Source: Acidimicrobiales bacterium
GTDB taxonomy: Bacteria > Actinomycetota > Acidimicrobiia > Acidimicrobiales > Bog-793
Length of the DNA: 64,000 bases
Assembly (NCBI GenBank): GCA_035533595.1
Contig: DATLTN010000024.1
Span: forward strand, 1,661-65,660
Direction of reading: 5' to 3'
The position numbers and the translations under genes were made by a program. Under the pieces are notes generated by a model. That model saw only the letters and a list, made by a program, of their open reading frames with translations, was not told where the DNA came from and did no database searches. Position 1 is the first letter of the stretch. The number at the start of each line of letters is the position of its first letter. Below are positions 19,339 through 27,659 of the stretch, one piece after another.

Positions 19339-19440
19339 ATGAGCTGGTACCTGACCGGCGACGCCGCGGCCGACGAGCTGCTCTCCGAGGGCGCACTCGC
19401 GCTGTTGATCGGCACGGTCCTCGACCAGCAGGTTCTGTAA
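19339..19440 (+). pseudogene. Orphaned 5' fragment (33 codons) of an HhH-GPD-type repair gene, displaced by an insertion
   Basis: MSWYLTGDAAADELLSEGALALLIGTVLDQQVL* matches 22 of the first 32 residues of the intact gene at 22158. It uses host-like GC-ending codons and stops 5 nt after the shared 18-mer. Confidence 0.6.
19416..19433. repeat. Direct repeat copy 1 (ggtcctcgaccagcaggt), candidate att core
   Basis: An identical 18-mer recurs at 22235-22252. In both copies it encodes (G/M)VLDQQV of the repair gene. Confidence 0.55.
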
Positions 19441-19825
19441 GGGATGGTCACCGTCCCATGGTGAGGTCGCGTGAGGTTCGGCATGGGTCAGCGGTCGTTA
19501 ACCAAGTGAGGTAAGACGGCGCACCCACGATGTGGGGCTTGCGGCAACCCGTTCGCGCCCATCCGCCTCATGCCGAGCGAGACGCAACACAGCCCGCCAC
19601 CCAACGCCCCACCGGAAACGACTTCTACTACCCGGGCCGGCCGAGCGAGCCGTGAGCGTCGCTCCCCGCATTGTCATTGGTAGGTGATGCCCCCGAGAGC
19701 GCTCCGGCGACGCGCGTCATGTGACACGTCAGCGCATCCGTACCCGTCGATCTGGCGCGGGCAGCCAGCCTTGATGGTTGGTACTCGGTCCGACGATCTG
19801 TTCGCCAGAGCCCGGCCGCTAGGCG

Positions 19826-20497
19826 TCAAGCCGAGACCGTCCCCTTTTGCTCGAAGGTCATCGCGCGTTGCAACGCGGCGGATTTGAAGTCGTCGGGGAT
19901 CTCCATGGGCCCGCCCAGCCCAGCCGCGTTGACGCCGGCCTGAGCCGCCTCCTCGACGACGCCCCCGACCATGATGGCGAGATCGGGTGTCCGGTGGAAG
20001 ACCAGCACACCGTGGTTGGCGAGGAGGACAGCAGGGACGCCTGGCACGACTGCTGCGCGAATGTTGGCGATCGCGGCCTCAGAGCCGCGCGGACCGTAAC
20101 CGGCCACGGGTACTCCGTCGGGAAGGCCGAACATCGCGAGCGCCTCGACCCAGCAGCCGATCGGACGGTGCGCCACGGCGTAGGCCGTTGCAAACGGTGA
20201 GTGCGTGTGGATCACGCAGCCCACTTCGGGTTGATCTGTGTAGAGGGCGGTATGCATGGCAACGACCGCACCCTGGATCGGAGGGAGCTCGCCCTCGCGA
20301 AGCTGGCCGTCGAGACCGACCCGGACGACGGCCTCCGCGGGATGGTCGCGGAGCGAAGATCCTGCCGTGAAGTACATCTCGTCTGTTCCAGCGACGCGGA
20401 TACTCGCGTTGCCATGGCCGTTGGCGGAGATCGCGCCGCTCGCAACGACGCGCCTCGCGATCTCGACGACCTGCTGCACCATGTCGTGGTCCATCAC
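19826..20497 (-). CDS. Class II aldolase / adducin family protein
   Basis: The motifs are NGHGNASIR, VIHTHSPFATA and LLANHGVLVF (zinc-binding His cluster). The protein is 223 aa. Confidence 0.8.
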   Translation of the reverse strand: MMDHDMVQQVVEIARRVVASGAISANGHGNASIRVAGTDEMYFTAGSSLRDHPAEAVVRVGLDGQLREGELPPIQGAVVAMHTALYTDQPEVGCVIHTHSPFATAYAVAHRPIGCWVEALAMFGLPDGVPVAGYGPRGSEAAIANIRAAVVPGVPAVLLANHGVLVFHRTPDLAIMVGGVVEEAAQAGVNAAGLGGPMEIPDDFKSAALQRAMTFEQKGTVSA

Positions 20498-20814
20498 CCC
20501 TCCAAGGCCAGCAGATCGTGGGGGCCCACTGGTCTTCCAGGGACGATATTCGGCGCGGGGGCTACGTGGAGGGAGCTGATTCCGTCAGTCGCAAACGCCA
20601 CCTGCCCGACCCGCCGATCTGGCGCTTCCAGGCGACTCTCCGCCGCTGCGGCGCGACTTGACCGAGACCGGCATGGGCGACGAGCCGCCGAGGGTGAGCA
20701 GCCGGACTCCGCGACGGTTGGCTCTCCCGGTGTCGATAGCTGAGAACGGGGCACCGACCTGCCACGCTGACCAAAGCACCACCGAAGAACTGCGGCCCAA
20801 ACGGAGGTCCACCG

Positions 20815-21540
20815 ATGGAGACGAAGGTTGATGAGATTGCCGAGGGTATTTTTCGGCTATCGACTTGGGTGGCACAGATAGCGCCGCCAGCCGGCTTTAC
20901 GTTCAACCAGTTCCTGGTCAATGCCGAAGAGCCGCTGCTGTTCCATACCGGTCCGAGGGCCATGTTCCCCCTGGTCTCTGAAGCTGTCGCCCGGGTCATA
21001 CCGATCGAGCGCATGTGCTGGATCACGTTTGGCCATGTTGAATCTGACGAGTGCGGTTCCATGAACCAGTGGCTGGCCGCAGCACCGGATGCCGAGGTGG
21101 CCCATGGTGCATTGGGGTGCATGGTCCAGCTCAACGACCTCGCAGACCGGCCGCCGCGCCCGTTAGGCGATGGTGAGGTACTCGATCTCGGTGGCAAGAG
21201 GATCCGTCACCTGGACACTCCACACGTCCCTCATGCCTGGGAGGCCCGGGTGCTCTACGAGGAGACCACTGGCACCTTGCTCTGTGGTGACCTGTTCGCT
21301 CACGTCGGCAATGGACCAGCGCTTACCACGGAGGACATCGTGGAGCAGGCGATGGAGGGCGAAGCCATGTTTCGCTCCAGCAGCCTGGCCCCCGATACCG
21401 CCATTGTTCTTGACCGCCTTGCCGAGCTCGCGCCTCAAACCCTCGCCTTGATGCACGGCTCTTCCTTCAATGGCGACGGGGCATCGGCGCTCCGGGACCT
21501 CGCCAAGGCTTATGACGAGCGGTACCTCGCGAGAACCTGA
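20815..21540 (+). CDS. MBL-fold (beta-lactamase-like, di-iron HxExD-type) protein
   Basis: The motifs are ITFGHVESDECG, HLDTPHVPHAWE and LLCGDLF. The 241-aa protein resembles the oxygen-binding di-iron / flavodiiron-core-like branch of the fold. Confidence 0.6.
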   Translation: METKVDEIAEGIFRLSTWVAQIAPPAGFTFNQFLVNAEEPLLFHTGPRAMFPLVSEAVARVIPIERMCWITFGHVESDECGSMNQWLAAAPDAEVAHGALGCMVQLNDLADRPPRPLGDGEVLDLGGKRIRHLDTPHVPHAWEARVLYEETTGTLLCGDLFAHVGNGPALTTEDIVEQAMEGEAMFRSSSLAPDTAIVLDRLAELAPQTLALMHGSSFNGDGASALRDLAKAYDERYLART

Positions 21541-21778
21541 CGCCCCCACGAAGTCCTTCTTCGATTCCTCACACCCACAGTGCAAGCCGCCAGTGTTTGG
21601 TACCAGGACGAGCGTGTCCCTCCTCCGACACGAACCCCCACGTGGCAATCCCTGCGACAACCAGCCACATCGGTTCAACCACGGCCTGAGCGACAGGACG
21701 TCTCATCTGTGGCTCCGCGCGGGTTGTGCTCCGGCTGCTCGAAGGAGTACCGACTAGAAGGTTCAGCTCGCCATGTGA

Positions 21779-21967
21779 TCAGCCGGCTGCGTGACGCCGC
21801 ACCCCGACGATGATGCGTTCAAGGTCTGCCTGCGTATCCGCAAAGACACGATCAGGAGAGATGTCTCCGGGAAGTGCGTGGGCGAGAAGGTGCCGATAGC
21901 CAGCGAGTTCAGCCCACGGGTCGATGCTGCTGACGATGCCGCGCTCGACCCGCGCTACTCGGGGCAA
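21779..21967 (-). pseudogene. DUF86/HepT-like C-terminal fragment (weak call)
   Basis: The sequence ...WAELAGYRHLLAHALPGDISPDRVF... contains an R-x4-H element like the HepT Rx4HxY motif, with Y replaced. The open frame spans only ~80 codons after a TAG at 22028-22030. It has only a TTG start and no partner nucleotidyltransferase gene. Confidence 0.25.
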
Positions 21968-22157
21968 AGGCTGTCGCAGTCCGGGGTAACCATCTTCTCC
22001 TTCGAGGTCGACGGTTCCTATGTCGCACTAGCGATGCATGCAAGGTTGCTGCGGACGGCACTACGAGGATCAGGCCTTGCGACTACAACGGCATGCGCGG
22101 TCCAACACCAAACCTCTGACCCAATCATGAGTCGCCCTGTCGGCGTACTCTGACGGT

Positions 22158-22769
22158 ATGGCTTGGTATCTGACAGGCGACGAAACAGCTGACGCCCTGC
22201 TGGCCGACGACCCTCTAGCCCTTCTTATTGGAATGGTCCTCGACCAGCAGGTCCCGATGGAGCGGGCCTTCTCCGCGCCCCGAGACCTCCGCGAGCGCCT
22301 CGGCGGGCGCCTCGACGTGACCGAGATCGCGGGCCTCGACCACGACCGCCTCGTCGCCGCCTTCTCCGAGCGACCCGCGCTGCACCGCTTCCCCGCCGCG
22401 ATGGCCGAGCGGGTGCAGGCCGTCGCCAACATCGTCGTCGACGAGTACGGCGGCGACGCGGGAGCGATCTGGAACACCGCGGCGGACGGCAAGGAGCTGA
22501 TGAAGCGGCTGCGGGCGCTCCCCGGCTTCGGCGAGCAGAAGGCGAAGATCTTCCTCGCCCTCCTCGGGAAGCGCCTCGGCGTGCGCCCCGCGGGCTGGGA
22601 AGAGGCGGCCGGCCCCTTCGGCAAGGCGGGCTCGTTCGTCTCGGTCGCCGACATCGACTCGCCCGAGGCGATGGAGCGGGTGCGCGATCACAAGCGCGAG
22701 ATGAAGGCGGCGGCGAAGTCGGCCGCCAACCTCCCCGCCAAGGCTGGCGCCGGCCGCGCCAAGAAGTGA
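22158..22769 (+). CDS. HhH-GPD-type base-excision DNA repair family protein
   Basis: The N-terminus WYLTGD..AD.LL...PLALLIGMVLDQQVPMERAF and the motif LPGFGEQKAKIFLALLGK match the actinobacterial family annotated this way, as I remember it. The first 26 codons are AT3-rich and the remainder is GC3-rich. Confidence 0.7.
   Translation: MAWYLTGDETADALLADDPLALLIGMVLDQQVPMERAFSAPRDLRERLGGRLDVTEIAGLDHDRLVAAFSERPALHRFPAAMAERVQAVANIVVDEYGGDAGAIWNTAADGKELMKRLRALPGFGEQKAKIFLALLGKRLGVRPAGWEEAAGPFGKAGSFVSVADIDSPEAMERVRDHKREMKAAAKSAANLPAKAGAGRAKK
22235..22252. repeat. Direct repeat copy 2 (ggtcctcgaccagcaggt)
   Basis: It is identical to 19416-19433. Confidence 0.55.
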
Positions 22770-23416
22770 GCGGCTCGCCCCTCGAGGGACGACACCTCTA
22801 TCTCTGCACCCCCGACCGCCCCGACCTCGAGGCATTCGTCGGCGAGTGCATCGAGGGCGGCGTCGACATCGTGCAGCTGCGCGAGAAGCACCTCGAGGCT
22901 CGCCCCCTCATCGCCCGCGCCCGCCTGCTGCACCGCGTCTGCGCCGAGCGGGGGGTCCCGTTCATCATGAACGACCGCCCCGACCTCGCCGTCGCCGCCG
23001 AGGCGGACGGCGTGCACGTGGGCCAGGACGACCTCCCTCCCGCGCTCGCCCGCCAGTTCGTGGGCCTTCATCGCGTCGTCGGCCTCTCGACGCACCACCC
23101 CGACGAGCTCGCTGCAGCGCGCGGCGAACCGGTCGACTACGTCTCGGCGGGCCCGGTCGTGGAGACACCGACCAAGCCCGGACGGCCCGCGACCGGAGCC
23201 GCCTACGTCGCGCACGCCGCCGAGGTCGCTGCCGCCTGGCCGGGTGGTGCGATGCCCTTCTTCGTCACCGGAGGTGTCACCCCCGAGACGGTCCCCGCCC
23301 TCGCTGAGGCCGGGGCGAGCCGCTTCGTCGTCGTCCGCTACCTCACCGAGTCCGACGACCCCCGCGCCGCCGCGGGGCGCCTCCGTCGGGCGATCGAGGC
23401 GAACGTCGAGACGTAG
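22766..23416 (+). CDS. thiE: Thiamine-phosphate synthase
   Basis: The motifs are VDIVQLREK, IMNDRPDLA, GVHVGQDDL and GPV.ETPTKPG. The GTG start overlaps the upstream stop as GTGA. Confidence 0.9.
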   Translation: MSGSPLEGRHLYLCTPDRPDLEAFVGECIEGGVDIVQLREKHLEARPLIARARLLHRVCAERGVPFIMNDRPDLAVAAEADGVHVGQDDLPPALARQFVGLHRVVGLSTHHPDELAAARGEPVDYVSAGPVVETPTKPGRPATGAAYVAHAAEVAAAWPGGAMPFFVTGGVTPETVPALAEAGASRFVVVRYLTESDDPRAAAGRLRRAIEANVET

Positions 23417-23454
23417 CTCCGCGGCAGCGGGCGAACCGGCCGTAGACGCGACGA

Positions 23455-23472
23455 AAGGGCGCCGAAGCGCCC
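23455..23472. terminator. Short GC hairpin between convergent thiE and the NHL gene
   Basis: agggcgc / cgaa / gcgccct forms a 7-bp stem with a tetraloop. TTTC follows on the minus-strand reading. Confidence 0.3.
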
Positions 23473-23692
23473 TCCCGCCGCGACCCTAAGGCCGGATAAC
23501 TGTGCTGAAAAAGACTCGCTGCTCCGGGACTGCTTCAGGGGGGACCAACTCCCGACCGGTCACAACGAGGGTGTCTGGTTAGGACTCACCAGGTGGTCCA
23601 GCTTGCCGCCTAGCGGCCAGCCACCTCCAGGGTCCCAAATCGTTGATCACTCAAGTTTGGACCACCTCCTCTCTCTGGTGGTCCAACTCTAT

Positions 23693-25864
23693 CTACCGTC
23701 CGGAGCCTGTCCGCGCATGGCGGACGACCTCGGATTTCGCCTTCGCAGCGCGCAGGCGCAGGTGCGCGGAGACGGTCCTTCCGCCCTTCACGGTCATCGT
23801 CTCGGTCACGACGACGCCTCTCCGAAGCGCTGCCAGCTGCCCGAGGCCGACGCTCGTCAGCCGCAGCCGGATCTCCACCGGCGCGCTGCCGCTGACCCGG
23901 TAGGGGCTGGCGGCGAGCACGCCGGTCTTGAGGACGCGGTGTCCTCCTGTTCTCACGACGATCGTCTCGGAAAGCTCCGCCTCTCCCTGGCAGGTGGCAG
24001 AGCACTTGACGTGGACGAGGACACCGCTGGCCGCCACCGTCGCTGACGGGGCCGCGAGCCTCATCGCTGGCGTCTCCAGAGCCTTGCGCGAGCTGATCGG
24101 TGGTGCTGCGGCCGCCATTGGGGGAGCCGAAAGCGCGGCGGCAGGCGCCACCGTCGTGACCGGGGCTGACCCTGTGGAGCCGGAATCGTTGGCGGCGGGA
24201 ACCGTCGTTGGCGTTGAGGTCGGGGCGGTCGTCGGAGTTGAGATCGGGGCAACAGGCGTCGGGGTCGTCGCAAACACCTCCGCCGAGGACGTGCCCGTGC
24301 CCATCGCGTTCTCCGCAGCGACGGTGAAGCCGTAGGTCGTGCCGTCGGCGAGGCCCGTGACGTCGAAGGACCCCTCGCTGGAAGCGGTGGCCACCGTTGT
24401 TATCGGCGAGCTCGCGCCGTTCGCGTATACGCCCACTTCGTAGCCCGAGATGCCTGCGCCTCCGTCGGCGAGAGGAGCGACCCACGAGAGTACAACTCCG
24501 CCTGCATGAGCCGTCGCCGCGAGTGAACTGGGGAGGCTTGGAGCCAGTCGGAGCGCGAGCACCTGGCTGGACCCAGCGTCCGACAGGTACACCTCCCCGT
24601 CGGCAGCGGCCGAGACGCCAACCGGCTCGCTCAGCAGCGTCGAGGTAGCCACGGTGCTGGACGCCGAAGCAACGGTTGTGCCACCGCCAGCGACCACGTA
24701 GGCACTCCCACGTACCCACGCTCCACTCACCCCATACCCGGGGTCGGCTCCCGACTCCGCCAGGACTCGAATCCGCCGACCGTTGGAGTCGGCGATCAAG
24801 ACATCGCCTACGGGATCGATCGAAACCTCCCCAGGGGCATTGAGCACAGCGGCAACGTTCAACGGGCAACTGCTGCCATCCGCATGAGAACCAGAGCCAG
24901 CGATTACGTAGTCATTCCCAGGCCGCCACGCGGCTCCCGAACCCAAGAGGTACCCGGGGTTGTCAGCGCTGATTGCCAGTACCTGAACATTGTTGCTTCC
25001 GCTATCCGCGAAGAGGAGATTTCCCTCGTCGTCGACGGCAAGCCCGTCCGGTCTCTCCAGTGACACAGTTCCGGCAACTGCGCCGCACGCGTCAGGGGCG
25101 TTCGCGCCTCCGCCAAGGATCGGATAAAGCGTGCCCGGGCTAAGGCTCGCGCCGAGGGCAGGAAAACCGGGGTTGGTCGACGACGACGCCAAAAGGTCGA
25201 CCTCATTGTTCGACGTGTCCGCCACGAGAAGGTCCCCGGCGAAGACTCGGGCTCGGCCTAGGGGTTGAACGGCTTCCGGTTGATTCAGGCCGCTGGCGAG
25301 GACGTACAACTCGCCAACCACCCAGGAAGCGCCGTGGAGGTCGTACGGGTGCTGCGCTCCGTTCTCGGCAAGCACCTCGACATCGCCATCGCCGGTGTCA
25401 GCAATAAGCACGTTTCCCTCGGGATCAACATTGACCCCCGCCGGAAGGTCGAGGGCCGTCAGGGGCCCAGGCGTGCCCGAGGAGCTGGGAGCCTGGCCGA
25501 CTACGTCCCCGGCTAGCAGGTATAGGTTCCCGATCCGCCATTGCCCGCCAACCGCATAGCCAGGGTTCTGAGCCGACTCCGCGAGCAGATCGACCATCCC
25601 GTCCGCCCGGTCCGCCATGAGGACGTTGCCGACGCTGTCGACCGCGACACCCGCGACCTGGTTCAGGTTGGTCCCCAGTGCTGAAGTCCCGGCGATTGTT
25701 GCTTCAGCGCCTGATCCCGAAGGATTCAGTCCAGCGACGACCGCGAGATCGGCCGTCGAAGTCGCTGCCGCCCGCCCCCCGGGCACTTCAATACCCGCGG
25801 CGATGATGCCAACGATGACGAGGACGGTGACCAAACCCCTTCGACTCATGGTTCCTTTGCGCAT
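23693..25864 (-). CDS. Secreted or membrane-anchored NHL-repeat beta-propeller protein with an FN3 domain, a Pro/Thr linker and an unassigned C-terminal domain
   Basis: The N-terminal hydrophobic segment is RRGLVTVLVIVGIIAAGI. Six NHL-like blades are visible (for example GVAVDSVGNVLMADRADGMVDLL, GVNVDPEGNVLIADTGDGDVEVL, GLAVDDEGNLLFADSGSNNVQVL). The FN3-like segment is VVLSWVAPLADGGAGISGYEV...TYGFTVAAENAMG. The start may be the second ATG at 25849. Confidence 0.8.
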   Translation of the reverse strand: MRKGTMSRRGLVTVLVIVGIIAAGIEVPGGRAAATSTADLAVVAGLNPSGSGAEATIAGTSALGTNLNQVAGVAVDSVGNVLMADRADGMVDLLAESAQNPGYAVGGQWRIGNLYLLAGDVVGQAPSSSGTPGPLTALDLPAGVNVDPEGNVLIADTGDGDVEVLAENGAQHPYDLHGASWVVGELYVLASGLNQPEAVQPLGRARVFAGDLLVADTSNNEVDLLASSSTNPGFPALGASLSPGTLYPILGGGANAPDACGAVAGTVSLERPDGLAVDDEGNLLFADSGSNNVQVLAISADNPGYLLGSGAAWRPGNDYVIAGSGSHADGSSCPLNVAAVLNAPGEVSIDPVGDVLIADSNGRRIRVLAESGADPGYGVSGAWVRGSAYVVAGGGTTVASASSTVATSTLLSEPVGVSAAADGEVYLSDAGSSQVLALRLAPSLPSSLAATAHAGGVVLSWVAPLADGGAGISGYEVGVYANGASSPITTVATASSEGSFDVTGLADGTTYGFTVAAENAMGTGTSSAEVFATTPTPVAPISTPTTAPTSTPTTVPAANDSGSTGSAPVTTVAPAAALSAPPMAAAAPPISSRKALETPAMRLAAPSATVAASGVLVHVKCSATCQGEAELSETIVVRTGGHRVLKTGVLAASPYRVSGSAPVEIRLRLTSVGLGQLAALRRGVVVTETMTVKGGRTVSAHLRLRAAKAKSEVVRHARTGSGR

Positions 25865-26120
25865 GGCAACCTCGCTCGGCGGACACTATTTCTGACGAGG
25901 CCGCTGTTGCCACTGAGAATGGTCACCTGGAGTACCGGGCACCATACCGACCGTTTCCCGCGATGAGTCGAAGACAACGGATGTCCCCGTTCCGAGCGGC
26001 GCGGCACATGTGCGCACTGCTGCCTCCCGAACGGGGCTGTGGCGTGTGGCGCTTGCAATGCCGGACTAGAGCCGGTCAGCCCATCGGTCGACGAGAACGG
26101 GCAGGTCCGACGACCAGCGT

Positions 26121-27044
26121 TTAAGGCCTCAGAGGGATCGTCGGCGTTGCGGCGGCGATCCGGTGACGGAGCTCGCCCACGTTTTCCACCCGAAGCACTA
26201 CCTCGTCGCCTTGGGCCAGGTAGGGGAACTCCGCACCGCGACCGAGGGCCGCGTGCTCGAGGATGCAACCCGTGCCGACGGTCCCGGAGCCGAAGACGTC
26301 GCCGGGACGAACCTCGGTACCGCGGCTCGCGTAGGCGATCATCTCCCCGAAGCTCCAATAGAGATCGTCGAGGCGCCCGCCGCCGTATCGGCGGCCGTTC
26401 ACCTCGACCTCCATGTCGAGCGCGAAACTCTGCCGGGAGCGGTACGGGGCGAGCTCGTCCGGCGTCACGAGCCACGGACCGAGCGACGTCGCCGAGTCCT
26501 TTCCTTTCGCGGGGCCGAGCCCCTGGCGCATCTCACGACGCTGCAGGTCGCGGGCTGAGAAATCGCAGAGCACCGTGTAGCCGGCGATGTGGGCTTCTGC
26601 CTCGTCCGGCCGCAGGTCTCGGCCGGCGGTGCCGATCACCGCCGCGAACTCGAGCTCGTAGTCCCATTCAGCCGATCCGGGGGCGATCGCCACCTCGTCG
26701 CGAGGCCCGTGCACCGCGGCGGGGTTGGAGAAGTAAAAGATCGGGAGCTCATACCAGTCGGGGTCGACCTCCCCGCCGCCGCGGGTGTTGCGACGGTGTT
26801 CCTCGAAGGCGAGGAAGTCGCGGATCGAGGGCGGCACCGGGAGCGGGGCACGCAGCTCGACCTCGTCGACCGGGCGGCGTTCGGCGGGCTCGCGCCGGGC
26901 CCGTTCGGCCGCCCGGGCGAGGCCTCCTCCGTCCCCGCCGAGCAACTCGAGGAGGCCCGTCGCGTCGGGGAGGCCGAGAACGGTGCCGTCCTCGACGAGA
27001 CCGACGACGTCGGCATCGCCGCGGCGGTAGGTGCAAAAGCGCAT
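26121..27044 (-). CDS. Fumarylacetoacetate hydrolase (FAH) family protein
   Basis: The motifs are MRFCTYRRGD...VVGLVEDG, GYTVLCDFSARDLQ, GKDSATSLGPW and GDVFGSGTVG. The start is an internal ATG of ORF 26121..28409, which overlaps the upstream stop by 1 nt. Confidence 0.85.
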   Translation of the reverse strand: MRFCTYRRGDADVVGLVEDGTVLGLPDATGLLELLGGDGGGLARAAERARREPAERRPVDEVELRAPLPVPPSIRDFLAFEEHRRNTRGGGEVDPDWYELPIFYFSNPAAVHGPRDEVAIAPGSAEWDYELEFAAVIGTAGRDLRPDEAEAHIAGYTVLCDFSARDLQRREMRQGLGPAKGKDSATSLGPWLVTPDELAPYRSRQSFALDMEVEVNGRRYGGGRLDDLYWSFGEMIAYASRGTEVRPGDVFGSGTVGTGCILEHAALGRGAEFPYLAQGDEVVLRVENVGELRHRIAAATPTIPLRP

Positions 27045-27553
27045 TACCGCCCCGCCCCCGCCGTGGCGTGCGCCGCTCCTGTCCCGACGGGACGGCGCTG
27101 CTCGTCGAGGACGAAGACGGTCTGGGTGGAGCGCACCGCGTCGATGCGGTGGAGGCGGTGCAGCACGACGTCGCGGAGCGCCCCCACGTCGGTCACGCGG
27201 ACGATGACGACGAAGTCGAAGCCGCCGCTCGTCACCGCCAGGTACTCGAAACCGGGAAGGCGGACAAGCTCCTCGCGCACGGCCTGCCAGGACCCCTGCT
27301 CGACGTTCACGAGGACCATCGCGGTGATCGACTCGCCGAGGGCGAGGGGGTCGACGTCCGCGTGGAAGCCGCGGATCGCGCCGCTCGCCTGCAGGCGCTC
27401 GAGGCGGGCGTAGGCGGTGGCGCGCGAGACCTCGGCGAGCCGGGCGAGCTCGTTCACCGAGAGCCGACCGTCCTCCGCCAGCGCGGCGAGGATGCGGCGA
27501 TCGACCTCGTCGGCGAGGGCGGAGGGAGCGCCGGCCTTCCGGGATGTGGGCAT
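27044..27553 (-). CDS. Lrp/AsnC family transcriptional regulator
   Basis: The HTH is VDRRILAALAEDGRLSVNELARLAEVSRATAYARLERLQASGAI, followed by a RAM-like C-terminal domain. The start is the ATG at codon 43 of ORF 27044..27679. Confidence 0.85.
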   Translation of the reverse strand: MPTSRKAGAPSALADEVDRRILAALAEDGRLSVNELARLAEVSRATAYARLERLQASGAIRGFHADVDPLALGESITAMVLVNVEQGSWQAVREELVRLPGFEYLAVTSGGFDFVVIVRVTDVGALRDVVLHRLHRIDAVRSTQTVFVLDEQRRPVGTGAAHATAGAGR

Positions 27554-27558
27554 CGTTC

Positions 27559-27640
27559 CCGGACGATACTCGCGTCTTCGCCGGTTTTGAGAGCAGAACG
27601 TCCGGATACTTGCGCCACCATCTTGAACCTCGGCCCGAGG
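27559..27640. promoter_or_regulatory. Candidate operator elements in the lrp/phhA divergent intergenic region
   Basis: The direct repeat is ccggaCGtactCgcg (27559-27574) and ccgga--tactTgcg (27602-27614). A perfect 13-nt palindrome cctcggcccgagg lies at 27628-27640. Confidence 0.3.
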
Positions 27641-27659
27641 CAGGCGGACACTTCGCGAG

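Larger units (their letters stand above)
19434..22252. mobile_element. Putative integrated island remnant (~2.8 kb, no integrase seen)
   Basis: It is bounded by the 18-bp direct repeat. By eye it is more A/T-rich than its flanks. It carries unrelated cargo (aldolase, MBL-fold, DUF86-like fragment) and a divergent AT3-rich replacement for the first 26 codons of the target gene. Confidence 0.45.

Noticed and set aside
19441-19825. I searched the left end of the inserted segment in all frames for an integrase or excisionase remnant.
   Set aside because: No recombinase-like motif (for example R..H..R..Y spacing or an HTH excisionase) was recognisable by eye. A formal TBLASTN is needed before excluding it.
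22700-22800. Possible TPP riboswitch upstream of thiE.
   Set aside because: The thiE start overlaps the stop of the preceding gene (GTGA), leaving no leader in which a riboswitch could sit.
23603-24869. ORFs 23603-24046 (+), 23610-24869 (-) and others within the NHL gene region.
   Set aside because: They are out of frame or antisense relative to the 723-aa frame, which shows six repeated NHL blades and an FN3 domain. Their translations are low-complexity.
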